Assembly: GCA_951406725.2 (NCBI GenBank)
Contig: OX597832.1
Coordinates: 50,716,001-50,780,000, forward strand
DNA length: 64,000 bases
Direction of reading: 5' to 3'
Origin: Octopus vulgaris
Taxonomy: Eukaryota
Shown here: one piece after another, positions 12,200 through 25,078 of the stretch
How positions within the stretch are numbered: the first letter of the stretch is position 1
Layout: each line of letters opens with the position of its first letter
Made by a program: the position numbers and the translations under genes
The notes under the pieces: model-generated
Told to the model about the DNA's origin: nothing
The model's database searches: none
The model's input: the letters and a program-made list of their open reading frames with translations, nothing else

Positions 12200-12630
12200 T
12201 AAATGATAGATTTATGTTTGAATTGTTGTACAAGTAATTTACATTTTTATCAAATATCGTAACACAAGGCAAAATACCATTATTCTTTTACATCCTGGAA
12301 ACTGAGAAATCACTAAGCAAATGGAAGTTGTCTGAAGAAAAGTCAATGATGAATATGAAATCAAGAACCAGTGATGCTTTTAGATTTTTGTGGAACATTA
12401 AGTTGTAACATTACCGGATTTTCGTAACAAGGCAGTGAAGTTGAATGTGACCTAAATATTACAGAGAGCCATGCACCATGTAACACAGATCTCGTTCCAA
12501 CAAGTATTTACCAAACAAAGATGAGCTTAAATAAGCGGTAGAGTAGTTCGTTGCCAATTGTGCACCAGATTTCTTTGAAAGGACTTTTCTGATCTTGTGG
12601 AATGTTGGCTGACAATTTTAATAGTTATGT
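12200..12630 (+). mobile_element. Highly decayed mariner-like relic
   Basis: Faint motifs: ccatgcaccatgtaacacagatctcgttcca (~HPPYSPDLAP) and cttgtggaatgttgg (~LVERW). Confidence 0.35.
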
Positions 12631-12795
12631 AGAAAAATGATACCCACACACGATGTGTTTTATATGTTATGAATATAAATTTATAGTTTAATATGTTTTT
12701 CTCGCAGCAGGGGATTATAGAACAAACTACAAATCTCTTCTTGGCTATGTCATTTAATTATAAACAGGTACCATGTCAGTCCATTTAGAAAATGT

Positions 12796-13000
12796 TATCA
12801 TCGTTTAATGTCTGCTTTCCATGCTAGCATGGGTTGGATGATTTGACTGAAGACTGGCGAACCAGATGGCTGCACCAGGCTCCAATCTTGATCTGGCAGA
12901 GTTTGTACAGCTGGATACCCTTCCTAACGCCAACCACTCTGAGAGTGTAGTGGGTGCTTTTACGTGCCACCGGCATGAGGGCCAGTCATGCGGTACTGGC
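12796..13000 (-). mobile_element. RTE LINE 3' end
   Basis: Reverse complement of 8812-8975. Confidence 0.8.
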
Positions 13001-14730
13001 AAATTATATTTATATATATATATATATGTAAATGCACACACATATGTATATGCTCACACCACAAGAAAAAACAAATCTTGGTTTAAAGTACCAGTTTTTA
13101 CTTATTTTAAAATTACATTTTTACATATTTAAGTAGACGCTGTTGAAGATTTAATAAACAATTGGTACGTGAAGGAAAACAGCACAAGTGTTCTTTAGGG
13201 AACCCCAACTGACATACACAGCTGATCCTCTATTGCATACATATTTAAGTAGACGCTGGTGTTTTTTACGTGCCACCTGCACAGGAGCCAGTCCAACGGA
13301 ACTGGCAATGACCTCGCTCCACGTGCATAATTAACAAAATTTCGGTAGATGACAAAATGAAGTTTGCTCTAGTAATCAGTCTCTGTCGACCAATCTTAGT
13401 GGTTAGTTTTATTATTGTATTCAAACCCTAGTTCTGATTCAGGTTGCATGTGATGGTTGGTGGGCAAAAGATCTCCCCATATTAAGGTCATTGCACGCAA
13501 GCATTTGATACCAGATCATCATCATTGTTTAATATCCACTTTCCATGTAGGCATGGGTTGGATGGTTTGACAGGATGTTGTCATGTAGAAGACTACACCA
13601 AGCTTCTGTGTCTGTTTTGGAATGGTTTTTACAGCCGGATTGCCTCCCTAGCACCAACCACCCTGCAGAATGGACAGAGTGCTTTTTATGTGACACTCAG
13701 TCTACTCCGCAGGAATATGTTGATGATGATGATAAAGATAAATTCTGCCACAGAACTTTTAAATTGCCAACAGACAGTTGGAATCCATTAACAGATGGTG
13801 TTAACATTCACAAAAGAATGCTGTGAAAATTGTTAAACAAAAAAAAAATCTGTATCAAAGAATCCAGATCAATGGAAGAAAGGGAATTTGGTAACTGTCC
13901 TTTATCGAGAGGGAAAGAAGAAAATTGAAAGAATAAATGCTTCATGTGCATGCCAGTAGCGTTGCAAGTTGGGGGGCGGGTGAGGGGCGGTTTGCCCCGG
14001 GCAATGCTTTGATGAGGGCGGCCCTTTTGAGACTGCTGTATATAAGTGTGTAGATTTGGGAGTGGAAGGAAGAGAATGAAAGAATGAGCTTTTAGGAACA
14101 TGAATTTTTTTTTTTTTATTAATTATACATTTTAATTTTATTTTAGAAAATTTACATGATGGGGGGAGGCATAAATTATCAACAATCTCATAAAAGGGTC
14201 AATGACATAAGGAGTTTGTTGACCCCTGAAGAAGATTATAGAGCCCAGCTTAATACATAGTGAGTTAAATCAGAAATAAGCAATAAGCAGACGGCCCCAG
14301 CCGGCTAGTTGTTACAGTGCAGGCTTGTTTCCTAAAAGATCAATGCCCGCAATCTATTAAAGGCATTGCGTCCACGTCAACGAAGTACATCTAATTTTAT
14401 AAAGGGAACGTGCATTTTACTGTTAAATAGAGCATTGACACTATACACACGCCTGCAGGGCTGATTCAAAGCCCTTAAAAACAAAGGGTACAACCTCATA
14501 TTTGTAATGGTTTTGAACCCTATGAAAAAGTACGATTTGCATAAATTGGTATGTGTATACAATACGTACGTTATGCAAAACGTACGTTATACGAGGCAAC
14601 CCTTCGGTATTGGCAGACGACATCAGTCACCCATACAAACTTCCTTCATGACAGATAAAGAAGCTGTACTGAAAAAAGAGGGTGAATGATGTCTTCTCAA
14701 CCCGACACTGTATACCAATAGCGAAAGATC

Positions 14731-14762
<32 letters not shown>

Positions 14763-15826
14763 GCAAGCACGAACGAAACTCACTGCCCTTGAGTCACCCT
14801 ATAACATTATCGATTAAATGTGTGTGTGTATCATACGGATAAAATCTGTAGGTTTATAATTTCAAGAATTTACCTATATTTGCTGTCCTTTAGTTCTGAT
14901 TTTTACGTAAACGTGATTGATTTACCCCACCCCCACCCATCCACTTTGTTTTCGCAATTAGACTGCAGAGGGTTCCTCAATGCATCCCAATTAGCCACTT
15001 AATTGTGTTAAGTGTTGCGAAACTCCTAATGCTACTCAAAAATCTTATTGTCTCAAAGTGCCTATGAACATCATTCGTATTTTCCCCAATATTTGCCTTT
15101 TCGATAGTTTCAATTACAAAGATTTTAATTATGTGTCATTAATGTAAGAAATACGATCAGAAGATTCAAGAAATTTCGTTGACATAACACGTTTTAAACA
15201 TATTTAAATTCGAGCCCACGACGGGGGCCTTATGTGGTCGCTTAATTTGTAAGAAATAACAGCGAAAATTCCCTTAAATCATACCTTACCTACCTGGAAA
15301 AATGGGAAATAAACAAAAACGAAACAAAACAAAATCACGATTAGAAGATCTTTGATCATGGGTCTGCGCGATCAGGGTTGAACAGGGGTTAAACAATAAC
15401 ACCAAACTTAAATTTCTTAAGCTATTCTGAAAAAACCTGCCAATTAAAAGGAGGGGTAAGCTATTTAACAATCATTACATCGTGACATGTTGCCGGCCAT
15501 TCTATCAAATATATCGACCGTTCGTGTAATGTTTGGGTGAACATGGTTATTTGTTAGAAAGGAAAGAAAGGGGAGCAAGAGTCACAACAAGAAACTTTAG
15601 AATTTGAAAAAAAAAAAAAAAGTGTGGCAATACAGAATACACTTCCCTTCATAGTTAAGTGACGGGCTTTCTTTTAATAGAGGTCAATCTAGCGAAACAC
15701 CGTTTATTTTCTTTGGAATTTACTTTGAAAAAAAAAATTTTTTTTGTTGCTAATTACAAATTACTAATTGACAATAAATGCACAAATATAAAAAAACATT
15801 TTCTGGAAATAATTGAAATTACATAC

Positions 15827-16194
15827 CGGGTTTCATTCTTTAGTATTTGTTGTGACATTTTTTTCACCGATTCTAAGTCTGCCAAATCCAAATGTACCGT
15901 CGCAACACTTTCATTCCCAGTCATCTTTTTAATTTCCTTGGCGGCATTTTCAGCTTTGACTAAGTCTCTACATGCTATTATAACCCTGGCCCCCCGGCTG
16001 GCTAGATCCAGGGCTGTTTCTTTTCCTATCCCGGTATTGCCACCTGTCACTAAAACCGTTTTCCCATGCAGGGTCACGTCGCTGTAGTAGACCAGAGGGC
16101 CCCCATGGAATCGCAGGATTCTTCTCACACGTACAACATATAATGTCAAACAAATAACTGCAACAGGAAGCACAATGTAGACAAGGAATGGCAT
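15827..16194 (-). CDS. Coding exon 1 of the same RDH-like SDR (N-terminal membrane anchor plus Rossmann fold)
   Basis: ATG at 16194. Hydrophobic N-terminus followed by RVRR; TGGNTGIG glycine motif; IIACR (basic residue typical of NADP(H) preference); LDLADL. Donor GAA ACC CG|GTATGT; CG plus the first G of exon 2 makes Arg, in frame. 368+643=1011 nt = 336 aa plus stop. Confidence 0.93.
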
Positions 16195-18562
16195 GACGGT
16201 AACAGCTACTTTGGCAATTACTCTTCCTATATAATCTATCCGAGAATGTCAAACTGTCTATAAAAATGATATAATTCATTTGCTTCTGTTATCAGTCGGG
16301 GACAATTTATCTTTTTTTAAACTTTTATTTATGAATTATTATTTTTGCTTTTATTTATTATCATTTTTTGCTTTTAAGCGCAACTGTCAATATCTCGTTT
16401 TTATGTGTTTTCTTTCTTCTTTCAGTCCCCGAGTTAGTATGATTAGTCCAAAGGTGAAGGAACAAAGTCTATTAATCATCAGTAGAAGACTTCAAAATTC
16501 CCAAACTTTTAACAATATCGATGATTGTTCATTCTTAATAACTTACAAGAATTGTGCGCATATATTTGGAGAGCCAAACAGAGATTTTCACAAACATCTC
16601 TGCTTTCGTTGATATATACACAACTTCCACTTCACTCTGAAACTTAAGATGCCAATTGGCTTATACTTTTAAGTTCCTTCTTAAGTTCGAACTATCATTC
16701 TGAGTGCACGTAAGGACACTCGCCGAAAATCTTCCCTTTTTATTGCAGTTCTCTTTATACTGTTAAACACAGTGGATGTAATAAGTGACATTCTAACAAG
16801 ATTCCCTTCGTAAAGTTTTCTTTCTCTGTTAAACCGGTTTCAAATGACAGCTGTTTAGTTACTTTCTAATCTACTCTTAAATGGATCCTTAGTTATTTTT
16901 CGTCGATATGCCGAGAAACATGTTCCACATTCCAAATGAACGTTGGTTGATAACAGCTTGTTTATAAGTTATTAGTGATAATTCTCTTTTTCTCCTTCTC
17001 TTATCAAAAGCAATTAACCTTCGAATCTAGACCAATTTATCGAATCTAACAAATATATCAACAACTTTCGCTAAGTTTTTATATGGGGATCGTGTAATCC
17101 CTTTCATTTTCTGACATGACTTGTGTCCGTGTCCAGATTTAAGGTAAATCCCAATTAGCCAACGGTCAGCATCCAAAGTGCAATGATGTGAAGTTCATCG
17201 CTAAAGAATATTTGTAGCAACCAATTACTGTGTACCCGCTAACAAGTTGTAGAACTGTCAAATTACTCCTACCTTTACAAATAAGTCCGGCTTCTATGCT
17301 TGCTCAGAGTATTTTGCTCTGATAATTCTTCAAATAATAACGAAAGCACAACCAAAAGAATGTATGCAGTTACAACGATGTGTAACTTTAAAATTTGAAA
17401 AGATCTCCAACTTTTTCAATCACTATTTGAAGAATCTTCGTAATATAACAATGTAGATTTTGTCCATATCTTTGGGAATCCTTACGAGAACTTCATTACA
17501 TGATTTTTTTTTTGCGATTTCGGTAGCTTTTTTTTTTTTTGCGTATGTCATTAAGCGATTACTAGATGTGAACAATTTATAAGTATTAATGAAGTTATTA
17601 TTTTTTTTTTATCAAGTTGCATCCATTGGTGGTCTAGAAGCTAGCACAACAATTTCAATAAAGATTATACTTTCAACATAAAGTGATCATCAATTTAGCT
17701 ATGGAGTTTGGTAGTGTATAATATGTTCGTTTTAACTTCTTTCCTGCAACACACAAATACGCAAGCAAGCAAACATACATATTTATATATAGTCGCACCT
17801 AGTAGAAGAGTAAATTGCTGAAGCACCGTTCCGCAAAGGAAACCCAAACCTCTCACAGTTTTAATCCTTGTCATAGTTGCATACTGGACAAGGCGGCACA
17901 GACTTTTGAGGGGAAATGTATTTGTGAAATAGTGTATTCATAGTTATCTCCCATTAGTCTAGCATCGAAATATTTTTCCCCATCTGTTGAATAAGCTATC
18001 AAGAAAAAAAAGTTTAATCTTGAAGTTAGGAAAAGAAAAAGAAAAAAAAAAAGCGAATAAATAAAAAATCAACTAAAATCTATAAGATAGTGGTCTTCAG
18101 ATACGTTTCCCAATATAGATTAAATTGTATATAATTGTTACAGTTTTGTAAAAGCTTCATTTGAGAACAGAAAACAGTAACTTTTGCTTTAAGCCATATT
18201 TTCAAAATGAAGCAAGTTATGGAAATTCTTCATTGTTATATTTAATTCCTCTTCATCCACTGCTTTTATGAAGAGGTATTGCAATATGTTGGAACTTTAC
18301 AAAGTTTCATATTACAAATTATCAAAAAAGAGAAAGATATTCTATTTCAACTTCAAGCTTTTTCAGGGCAGATTTTTACTCCTATAAAGTGGATTTGATC
18401 TTAGCTCTTCAGATATTCAGTGGCTTCTTTTTAAAGTTGATAACTCTACTTTTTCTACAGATCTTATCTATAGCTGGTACCCCAGCAACATAGTCAGTTC
18501 TCACTATTAATTTCTTGCCATCTCTAAATGAATCTTAGAAATATTTTATATATATAATGAAA

Positions 18563-18930
18563 TTATTGTATACAGTGCTCAGGTGCACCACATCTTGTCA
18601 GAAAGTGCGTATAAAGTGTATGCAGTAATATACAAATGTCTTGAAAGCGAACAATGTATGAGTCAGATACGTGCTTGTATGTGTGTAAGGAGGGGAGAAA
18701 ATCAGGTGTAGTGTTGGCGAATCTCAGAAAGCATGGAAGTTTTGAAGGATGCAGTGCTCCGACAACTAACAACTGATGCCGGCAGTTTATTCCATGCTTC
18801 AGCAACTCTCAGCGTGAAAAAATGTTTCCTTAAGTCATGGGAGCTGTGCTGTTTTCTGACTTTGTAAATATGTCCACGGGTGTTAGACAGGTGGAGTTTG
18901 AAAAGGTGCTCAGAGTTATTGTTTGTAAGA
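18563..18930 (-). mobile_element. CR1-clade LINE 3' end
   Basis: Minus-strand SNTRGHIYKVRKQHSSHDLRKHFFTLRVAEAWNKLPASVVSCRSTASFK, the CR1 ORF2 C-terminal signature. Confidence 0.88.
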
Positions 18931-19658
18931 TATTTTACATATTAAATATTTAATATTTACATATTAAAACTTACATGAATCTATGCAACTTCAAATTTCC
19001 CCAAAGACAGATTACAAAGGATCCATGAAGGTAGTTAGGTATTAGAAACACCAACCAATGTTAACTCCAGACCAGCCCTAGTTGAATGGACTCCTGAACA
19101 AAGATATTCCAGCCATGACCATCCAGTTTTTTTTTTCTTTTCAGACAGTGTATCTAGGTCTTCATTACACAGTGCATTCCTCCCCTTTCAAGACAGTAGA
19201 ATAAAGTTTGTAAGAAATTTGACTGCTGTTTCTAGCAGGTCGAAAGACCACATAGACGCTGCAGCTCCTTTCATATAGAGACAAGGTGACAGTACTGTTA
19301 GAAACACAATGGGATAGGTAGAGCTTGCATCAGCTGGATGAATAATTGCTGCTGTATGAAGACAGTGGAAGTTACTTGTGGTAGAGTTAGATGAAGGATG
19401 ATCTCATTTCCCACTTTCTCCCCATATTTTAAGGTGGGTCTTAAAAATTTGAGATGACATATAATGAAAAGGAGAAGTGATTTATCATTCTGCAGATCTG
19501 CACAGAAAAGGAGATGAGGAATTTTTAAAATGATGATGATGATGAAAAAAGATTTTAAAAATCTATGATTTATTTAGCTGTCTTGTCAGTTATGGACAAT
19601 GACCCGTTTGAGCCAATAGGAAAGCCTCTGCATGGTCGTTCAGCCTGCTAGAAAAAGC

Positions 19659-20060
19659 AGGCGTGGTGGCTGTGTGGTAAGAAGCTTGCTTCTCAACCAC
19701 ATGGTTCTGAGTTCAGACCCACTGCATGGCATCTTGGGAAAGTGTCTTCTATCATAGCCTCAGGTCATCCGAAGCCTTGTAAGTGGATTTGGTAGACAGA
19801 AACTGAAAGAAATCCTTTGTATGTAAAGATATGTATGTGTGTGTGTGTATGTTTGTGTCTGTGTTTGTTCCCATCACCTCTTGACAATCAGTGTTGGTGT
19901 TTTTACGCCCCCATAACTTAGCAGTTTGGCAAAAGAGACCAATAGAATAAGTACCAGGCTTAAAAGAAAAAAAGTACTGGGGTCGATTCATTCAACCAAA
20001 AACTGTTTCAAGGCTGTGCCCCAGCATGGCCAGTCTAATTTTTGAAACAAATAAAAGTAA
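19659..20060 (+). mobile_element. SINE family A, older copy
   Basis: Homologous to 6293-6700. Confidence 0.8.
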
Positions 20061-21569
20061 AGACATCTTAAGAGAAAAGAAAGACTAACAAAATATATTT
20101 ACATTAGATACCAAAAAATATCAGTATGATCACAAGTTTACCTTTGGTCAGAGGTCTGCACAGTCAGCTGCACATAAAAGCCAACGAGAGAGGCCTTTTA
20201 TTGTGGTTTGCTCAGCTTTCTGGAAATAGTTAAATCTCCTTTGAAACACTCTACTGTCTTACAAAATAAAAGGAACTGTTTCACATGTAGAATTTTTGCC
20301 ATATTAATTAATACACATATTCCAGCTGTAGAAACATTGCCAGATCAGACTGGGCCTGGTGCAGCCTTCTGGCTTCCCAGGCCCCAGTTGAACCGTCCAA
20401 CCCATGCTAGCATGGAAAGCGGACGCTAAACGATGATGATGATGATGATAATTCATTCTAAAATAATGGTTTCAAATTTTGGTGCAAGGCCAGCAATTTC
20501 GGGGGGTGTGGTGGAAGGGGTAAATCGATTACATCAGCCCCTGTACTCAACTGGTGCTTTATTTTATCAACCTAAAAGCCAAAAACCTTGGGAATTTGCT
20601 CACCAAGCATTTTGCTCCGTATGGGAACGATTCTGCCAGCTCACCAACTTTCATTCTAAAAGTAATATTGATCTCTTTCTCTTTTTTCTTTGTTGTTACA
20701 CTTTGACAAACATTACATCATCATCATCCTCATCATTATCATCACTATCATCAATTTATATTAGCTTTCCATGCAGACATGGGTTGGGCAATTTGAGTCA
20801 GTTTGAGTCAGTTTTTATTCAGAGTTACTTATTTCTTTTACTGCCTACAGAGGGCTACACACAGGGGGGGGACAAACAAGGACAGACAAACGGATTAAGT
20901 CGATTATATCGACCCCAGTGCGTAACTGGTACTTATTTAATTGACCCCAAAAGGATGAAAGGCAAAGTCAACCTCAGCAGCAGACGAAATACCTATTTCT
21001 TATACCTATACAAGGGGCTACACACAGAGGGGACAAACAAGGACAGACAAACGGATTAAGTCTGTTACAAACGGATTAAGTCTGCCACGAAGCATTTTGT
21101 TCTATATGGAAACGATTCTGCCAACTGACCATTCTAAAAGTGGTTTTAGGTGGACTGTGTCTTGGAAGAAAGATGGGATGGCTAGGTTTGGAATGTTTTG
21201 ATCAAAAGTCTGGTTGATGAGGGCTAACTTGACGCTAAACGACAATAGATGGAAGGTAAAGTACGTGAGACTTCCACACCATATTTTTCAACTGCTTGAC
21301 TATTCATTCTTTTATTACCAGTTCAAATATGTTTGAGGAACGTGCCCCAAACATAACCTAGCATTTATACAGATCACTGCTTAACACTGCCACCCTATTA
21401 TTCATTCTCATTTCTTAGTTCATTTTTATTTAGATTTTATTTATTTATATATGTCGTCATCACACGTAGCTATCACACGCCGAAACAAAACTGGATATAA
21501 ATAAGAAGAATCAGTTGTAGTGTGTAAGAAACAAGACTACTAGTACAAAGGTGGTTAGCTGGCAGAAAC

Positions 21570-21781
21570 GCTAGCACGCTGGGCAAAATACTTAGTGGTA
21601 TTTCATCTGCCGCTACATTCTGAGTTCAAATTCCGCTGAGGTCGACTTTGCCTTTCATCCTTTCGGGGTCGATAAATTAAGTACCAGTTATGCACTGGGG
21701 TTGATGTAATCGACTTAATCCGTTTGTCTGTCCTTGTTTGTCCCCTCTGTGTGTAGCCCCTTGTGGGCAGTAAAGAAATAA
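21570..21781 (+). mobile_element. SINE family B monomer with tail A
   Basis: Head ...ctggcagaaacg.tagcacg; core gcctttcatcctttcggggtcgataaattaagtacc; tail ...gccccttgtgggcagtaaagaaata. Confidence 0.85.
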
Positions 21782-21951
21782 GACTGCTAGTACAAGTCTG
21801 TGATGCATATGGAAAGTGACAGCCACATAAAGAAGTGCAGCACTCTCAAATTGGACAGAACATGTTGAAGAAAAGAACCAGGAACAGGAGTTGAGGCAGT
21901 GAAGACTGATTTTAAGATCCCGAATGTTCTTTCTTTTTTTTTCTTTTTTTT

Positions 21952-22142
21952 TTTACTTGTTTCAGTCATTTGACTGCGGCCATGCTGGAGCACCGCCTTT
22001 AATCGGGCAACTCGACCCCGGAGGACTTATTCTTTGTAAGCCCAGTACTTATTCTATCGGTCTCTTTTGCCGAACCGCCAAGTGACGGGGACATGAGCAC
22101 ACCAGCATCGGTTGTCAAGCAATGCTAGGGTGACAAACACAG

Positions 22143-22208
<66 letters not shown>

Positions 22209-22349
22209 TAAACGATGATGATGATAAACGACAGGCTTCTTTCAGTTTCTGTCTACCAAGGCATTGGTCGGCCCAAGGTGCCACGCAGTGGGACTGAACC
22301 CGGAACCATGTAGTTGGTAAACAAGCTACTTACCACACAGCCACTCCTG
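21952..22349 (-). mobile_element. SINE family A
   Basis: Reverse complement of 6293-6700. Confidence 0.82.
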
Positions 22350-22840
22350 ATGATAAAAAAATCCTAATGATTAGCAATGCTCAGTGCTAGAGAAGACTCA
22401 CCCACATGTCTAAGTACGGGGAAAATGAATGTTCGAAATGGAAGTATGATATATATATTTTTTTATTTGGACCCTTTGCTCAATATGTCCCTGTTAAGTC
22501 TACATTTCCTGCTGCATCCCCTGCCTCTTTCATACCCTCTTATCTCTCTATCACTCACTCACTTTCACCACTCACCTTTCTTCTATTCACTGTACCGTAC
22601 TACTCGAGTAAGTAGATACAGCATTCAATCTGTCTGACCCTCTCATCTCTTTGACACTCTCCCACTCTCCTATGCTTCACTGTGCTATATTGCCCATCTA
22701 ATAAGAAATGGTATTGAACCCACCTTATTGTCAATCCCCACCCCCAGCACCATCCTTGTCTCTCCCTCATCACAAAGCTTGCATATGAAAGTGATTGCAT
22801 TGGATCTTTTTATACTTGTCACACTCCACTATCAACACTT

Positions 22841-23071
22841 CTGCATTGCCGGTCATTACTCCTACACTACCAGTTGTTACTTTTGCTCTGCCAGTCATTA
22901 CTCCTGCACTGCCAGTCATTACTCCTACATTACCAGTCATTACTCCTGCACCACCAGCCAATACTCTTGCTCTTCCAGCCATTACCCCTGCACTGCCAGT
23001 CATTATTCCTGCACTGCCAGTCATTACTCCTGCACTATCAGTCAATATTCTTGCTCTTCCAATCATTATTC
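22841..23071. repeat. 21-bp minisatellite (~11 units, consensus ctgcactgccagtcattactc) with an 84-bp higher-order period
   Basis: The variant ttgctct recurs at 22883, 22967 and 23051, exactly 84 bp apart. Confidence 0.9.
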
Positions 23072-23893
23072 AAGAATACTGCCCAATTTGGGAACCACTG
23101 GTCTAGAAGGCGAAATGCTTTGTGGCATTTCGTCTACCGTTACATTCTGAGTTCAAATCCTGCCGAGGTCGACTTTGCCTTTCATCGTTTTGGGGGTCAA
23201 TCAAATAAGTACCAGTTACGCACTGGGGTCGATATAATCGACTTAATCCGTTTGTCTGTCCTTGTTTGTCCCCCTCTGCGTGTAGCCCCCTGTGGGCAGT
23301 AAAAGAAATAAGTAACTCTGAATAAAAACTGACTCAAGCGATGACAAATTGCCCAACCCATGCCTGCATGGAAAGCTAATATAAATTGATGATAGTGATG
23401 ATAATGATGAGGATGATGATGATGTAATGTTTGTTAAAGTGTAACAACAAAGAAAAAAGAGAAAGAGATCAATATTACTTTTAGAATGAAAGTTGGTGAG
23501 CTGGCAGAATCGTTCCCGTACGGAGCAAAATGCTTGGTGGCATTTTGAGTTCAAATTCTACCAAGGTTGACTTTGTCTTTCATCCTTTTGGGGGTTGATA
23601 AAATAAAGTACCAGTTGAGTACAGGGGCTGATGTAATCGATTTACCCCTTCCACCACCCCTGCGAAATTGCTGGCCTTGCACCAAAATTTGAAACTATTA
23701 TTATTTTAGAATGAATATGTGTATTAATTAATACAGCAAAAATTCTACGTGTGAAACTGTTCCATAATGGATGATTCATCGTCATCATCATCGTCATCTT
23801 GGATAACGGACATTAAACGATGATGAATCATTCATTATGGAACAGTTTCACATGTAGAATTTTTCTCATGTTTTATAATTGTGGACACATGCA

Positions 23894-23924
<31 letters not shown>

Positions 23925-24102
23925 ATGTGTGTATGCATGTGTGTGTACATGTGTGTGTGTGTGTGGCACCTGTGTCGGTGGCACATAAAAAAAAGGGCAT
24001 CCAGCTGTAGAACACTGCCAGATCTGACTGGCCTGGTGCAGCCTTCGGGCTCCCCAGACCCCAGTTGAACCGTCCAACCCATGCTAGCATGGAAAGCGGA
24101 CG

Positions 24103-24156
<54 letters not shown>

Positions 24157-24393
24157 CGTATGTAGATATACAAATGTATGTTATACATATATATATGTAA
24201 ATATACACACACTCACATGTGCATGCACACACACACACATAGAAATAAGTGGTGCCCTGTCGGTTATGACGACGTGGGTTCCAGTTGATTGGATCAACGG
24301 AACAGCTTCCTCGTGAAATTAACATGCACATGGCTGAGTACTACACAGACACATGTACCCTTAAAGTAGTTCTTAGCATGGGAGATTCAGCGA

Positions 24394-24435
<42 letters not shown>

Positions 24436-24477
24436 GTTTTGGTATGGTTTCTTATATATATATATATATGTATATAT

Positions 24478-24692
24478 CATCATCATCATCATCATCGTTT
24501 AACATCTGTTTTCCATGCTGGCATGGGTTGGATGGTTCGATAGGGTTATGGGAAGCCAGGAAGCTTCCCCAGGCTCCAGTCTGATCTGGCAGTGTTTCTA
24601 CAGCTAGATGCCCTTCCTAATGCCAACCACTCCAAGAGTGTAGTGGGCGCTTTTTATGTGCCACTGGCATGGGGATCACAACTACAATTTCA
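24478..24692 (-). mobile_element. RTE LINE 3' end
   Basis: (TCA)n followed by the reverse complement of the RTE 3'UTR. Confidence 0.78.
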
Positions 24693-24737
24693 CATATATA
24701 TATATATATATGTATATACACATATATATATATATAT

Positions 24738-25078
24738 AAAGGTAAAGACCCCCTTCGGTCATGAATGACCATGGGATTGCACCTAGAAAGTTACCCTCCT
24801 AGACACAAGTCCGGGCAAGGTTGTTTATGGAAGACCAGCAGTCGCCCATGCATACCAGCCTCCCCTCTCCACGCCACCAGTGTTATCCAAGGGAAAGACA
24901 AAGGTCGATACAGCTTGGCACCTGTGACGTCGCAACTCATTTCTACAGCTGAGTGAACTGGAGCAACGTGAAATAAAGTGTTTTGCTCGAGAACACAACA
25001 CGCAGCCCGGTCCGGGATTCGAGCTCACAACCTCACAATCGTAAGCTCGACGCTCTAACCACTGAGCCATGCGCCTTC
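24738..25078 (-). mobile_element. tRNA-derived SINE, family D head with a different tail
   Basis: Minus-strand head ggcgcatggctcagtggttagagcg...gagctcgaatccc; shares its core with 2797-3040. Confidence 0.75.

Larger units (their letters stand above)
1291..15826 (-). other. 14,536-bp phase-2 GT-AG intron of the RDH-like gene
   Basis: GTATGT donor and polypyrimidine/CAG acceptor join the two exons into a continuous ...KNETR|LDILINNAG... with no SDR motif missing. Confidence 0.88.
20272..23762. repeat. Inverted duplication: arms ~20272-20975 and ~23165-23762
   Basis: Includes non-TE spacer sequence (ctaaaagtaatattgatctctttctc...ttacactttgacaaacattac) and identical TE junctions in reverse complement. 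Confidence 0.9.

Noticed and set aside
15754-15826. C-terminal YVISIISRK... of ORF 15754..16194
   Set aside because: Read-through past the GTATGT donor into the intron.
15659-16087. Plus-strand 142-aa ORF overlapping exon 1
   Set aside because: Antisense shadow of the SDR coding exon, with a non-ATG start.
20433-21059. 208-aa ORF and its partial mirror 23243..23554
   Set aside because: Composed of SINE/LINE pieces and microsatellite; the similarity comes from the inverted duplication.
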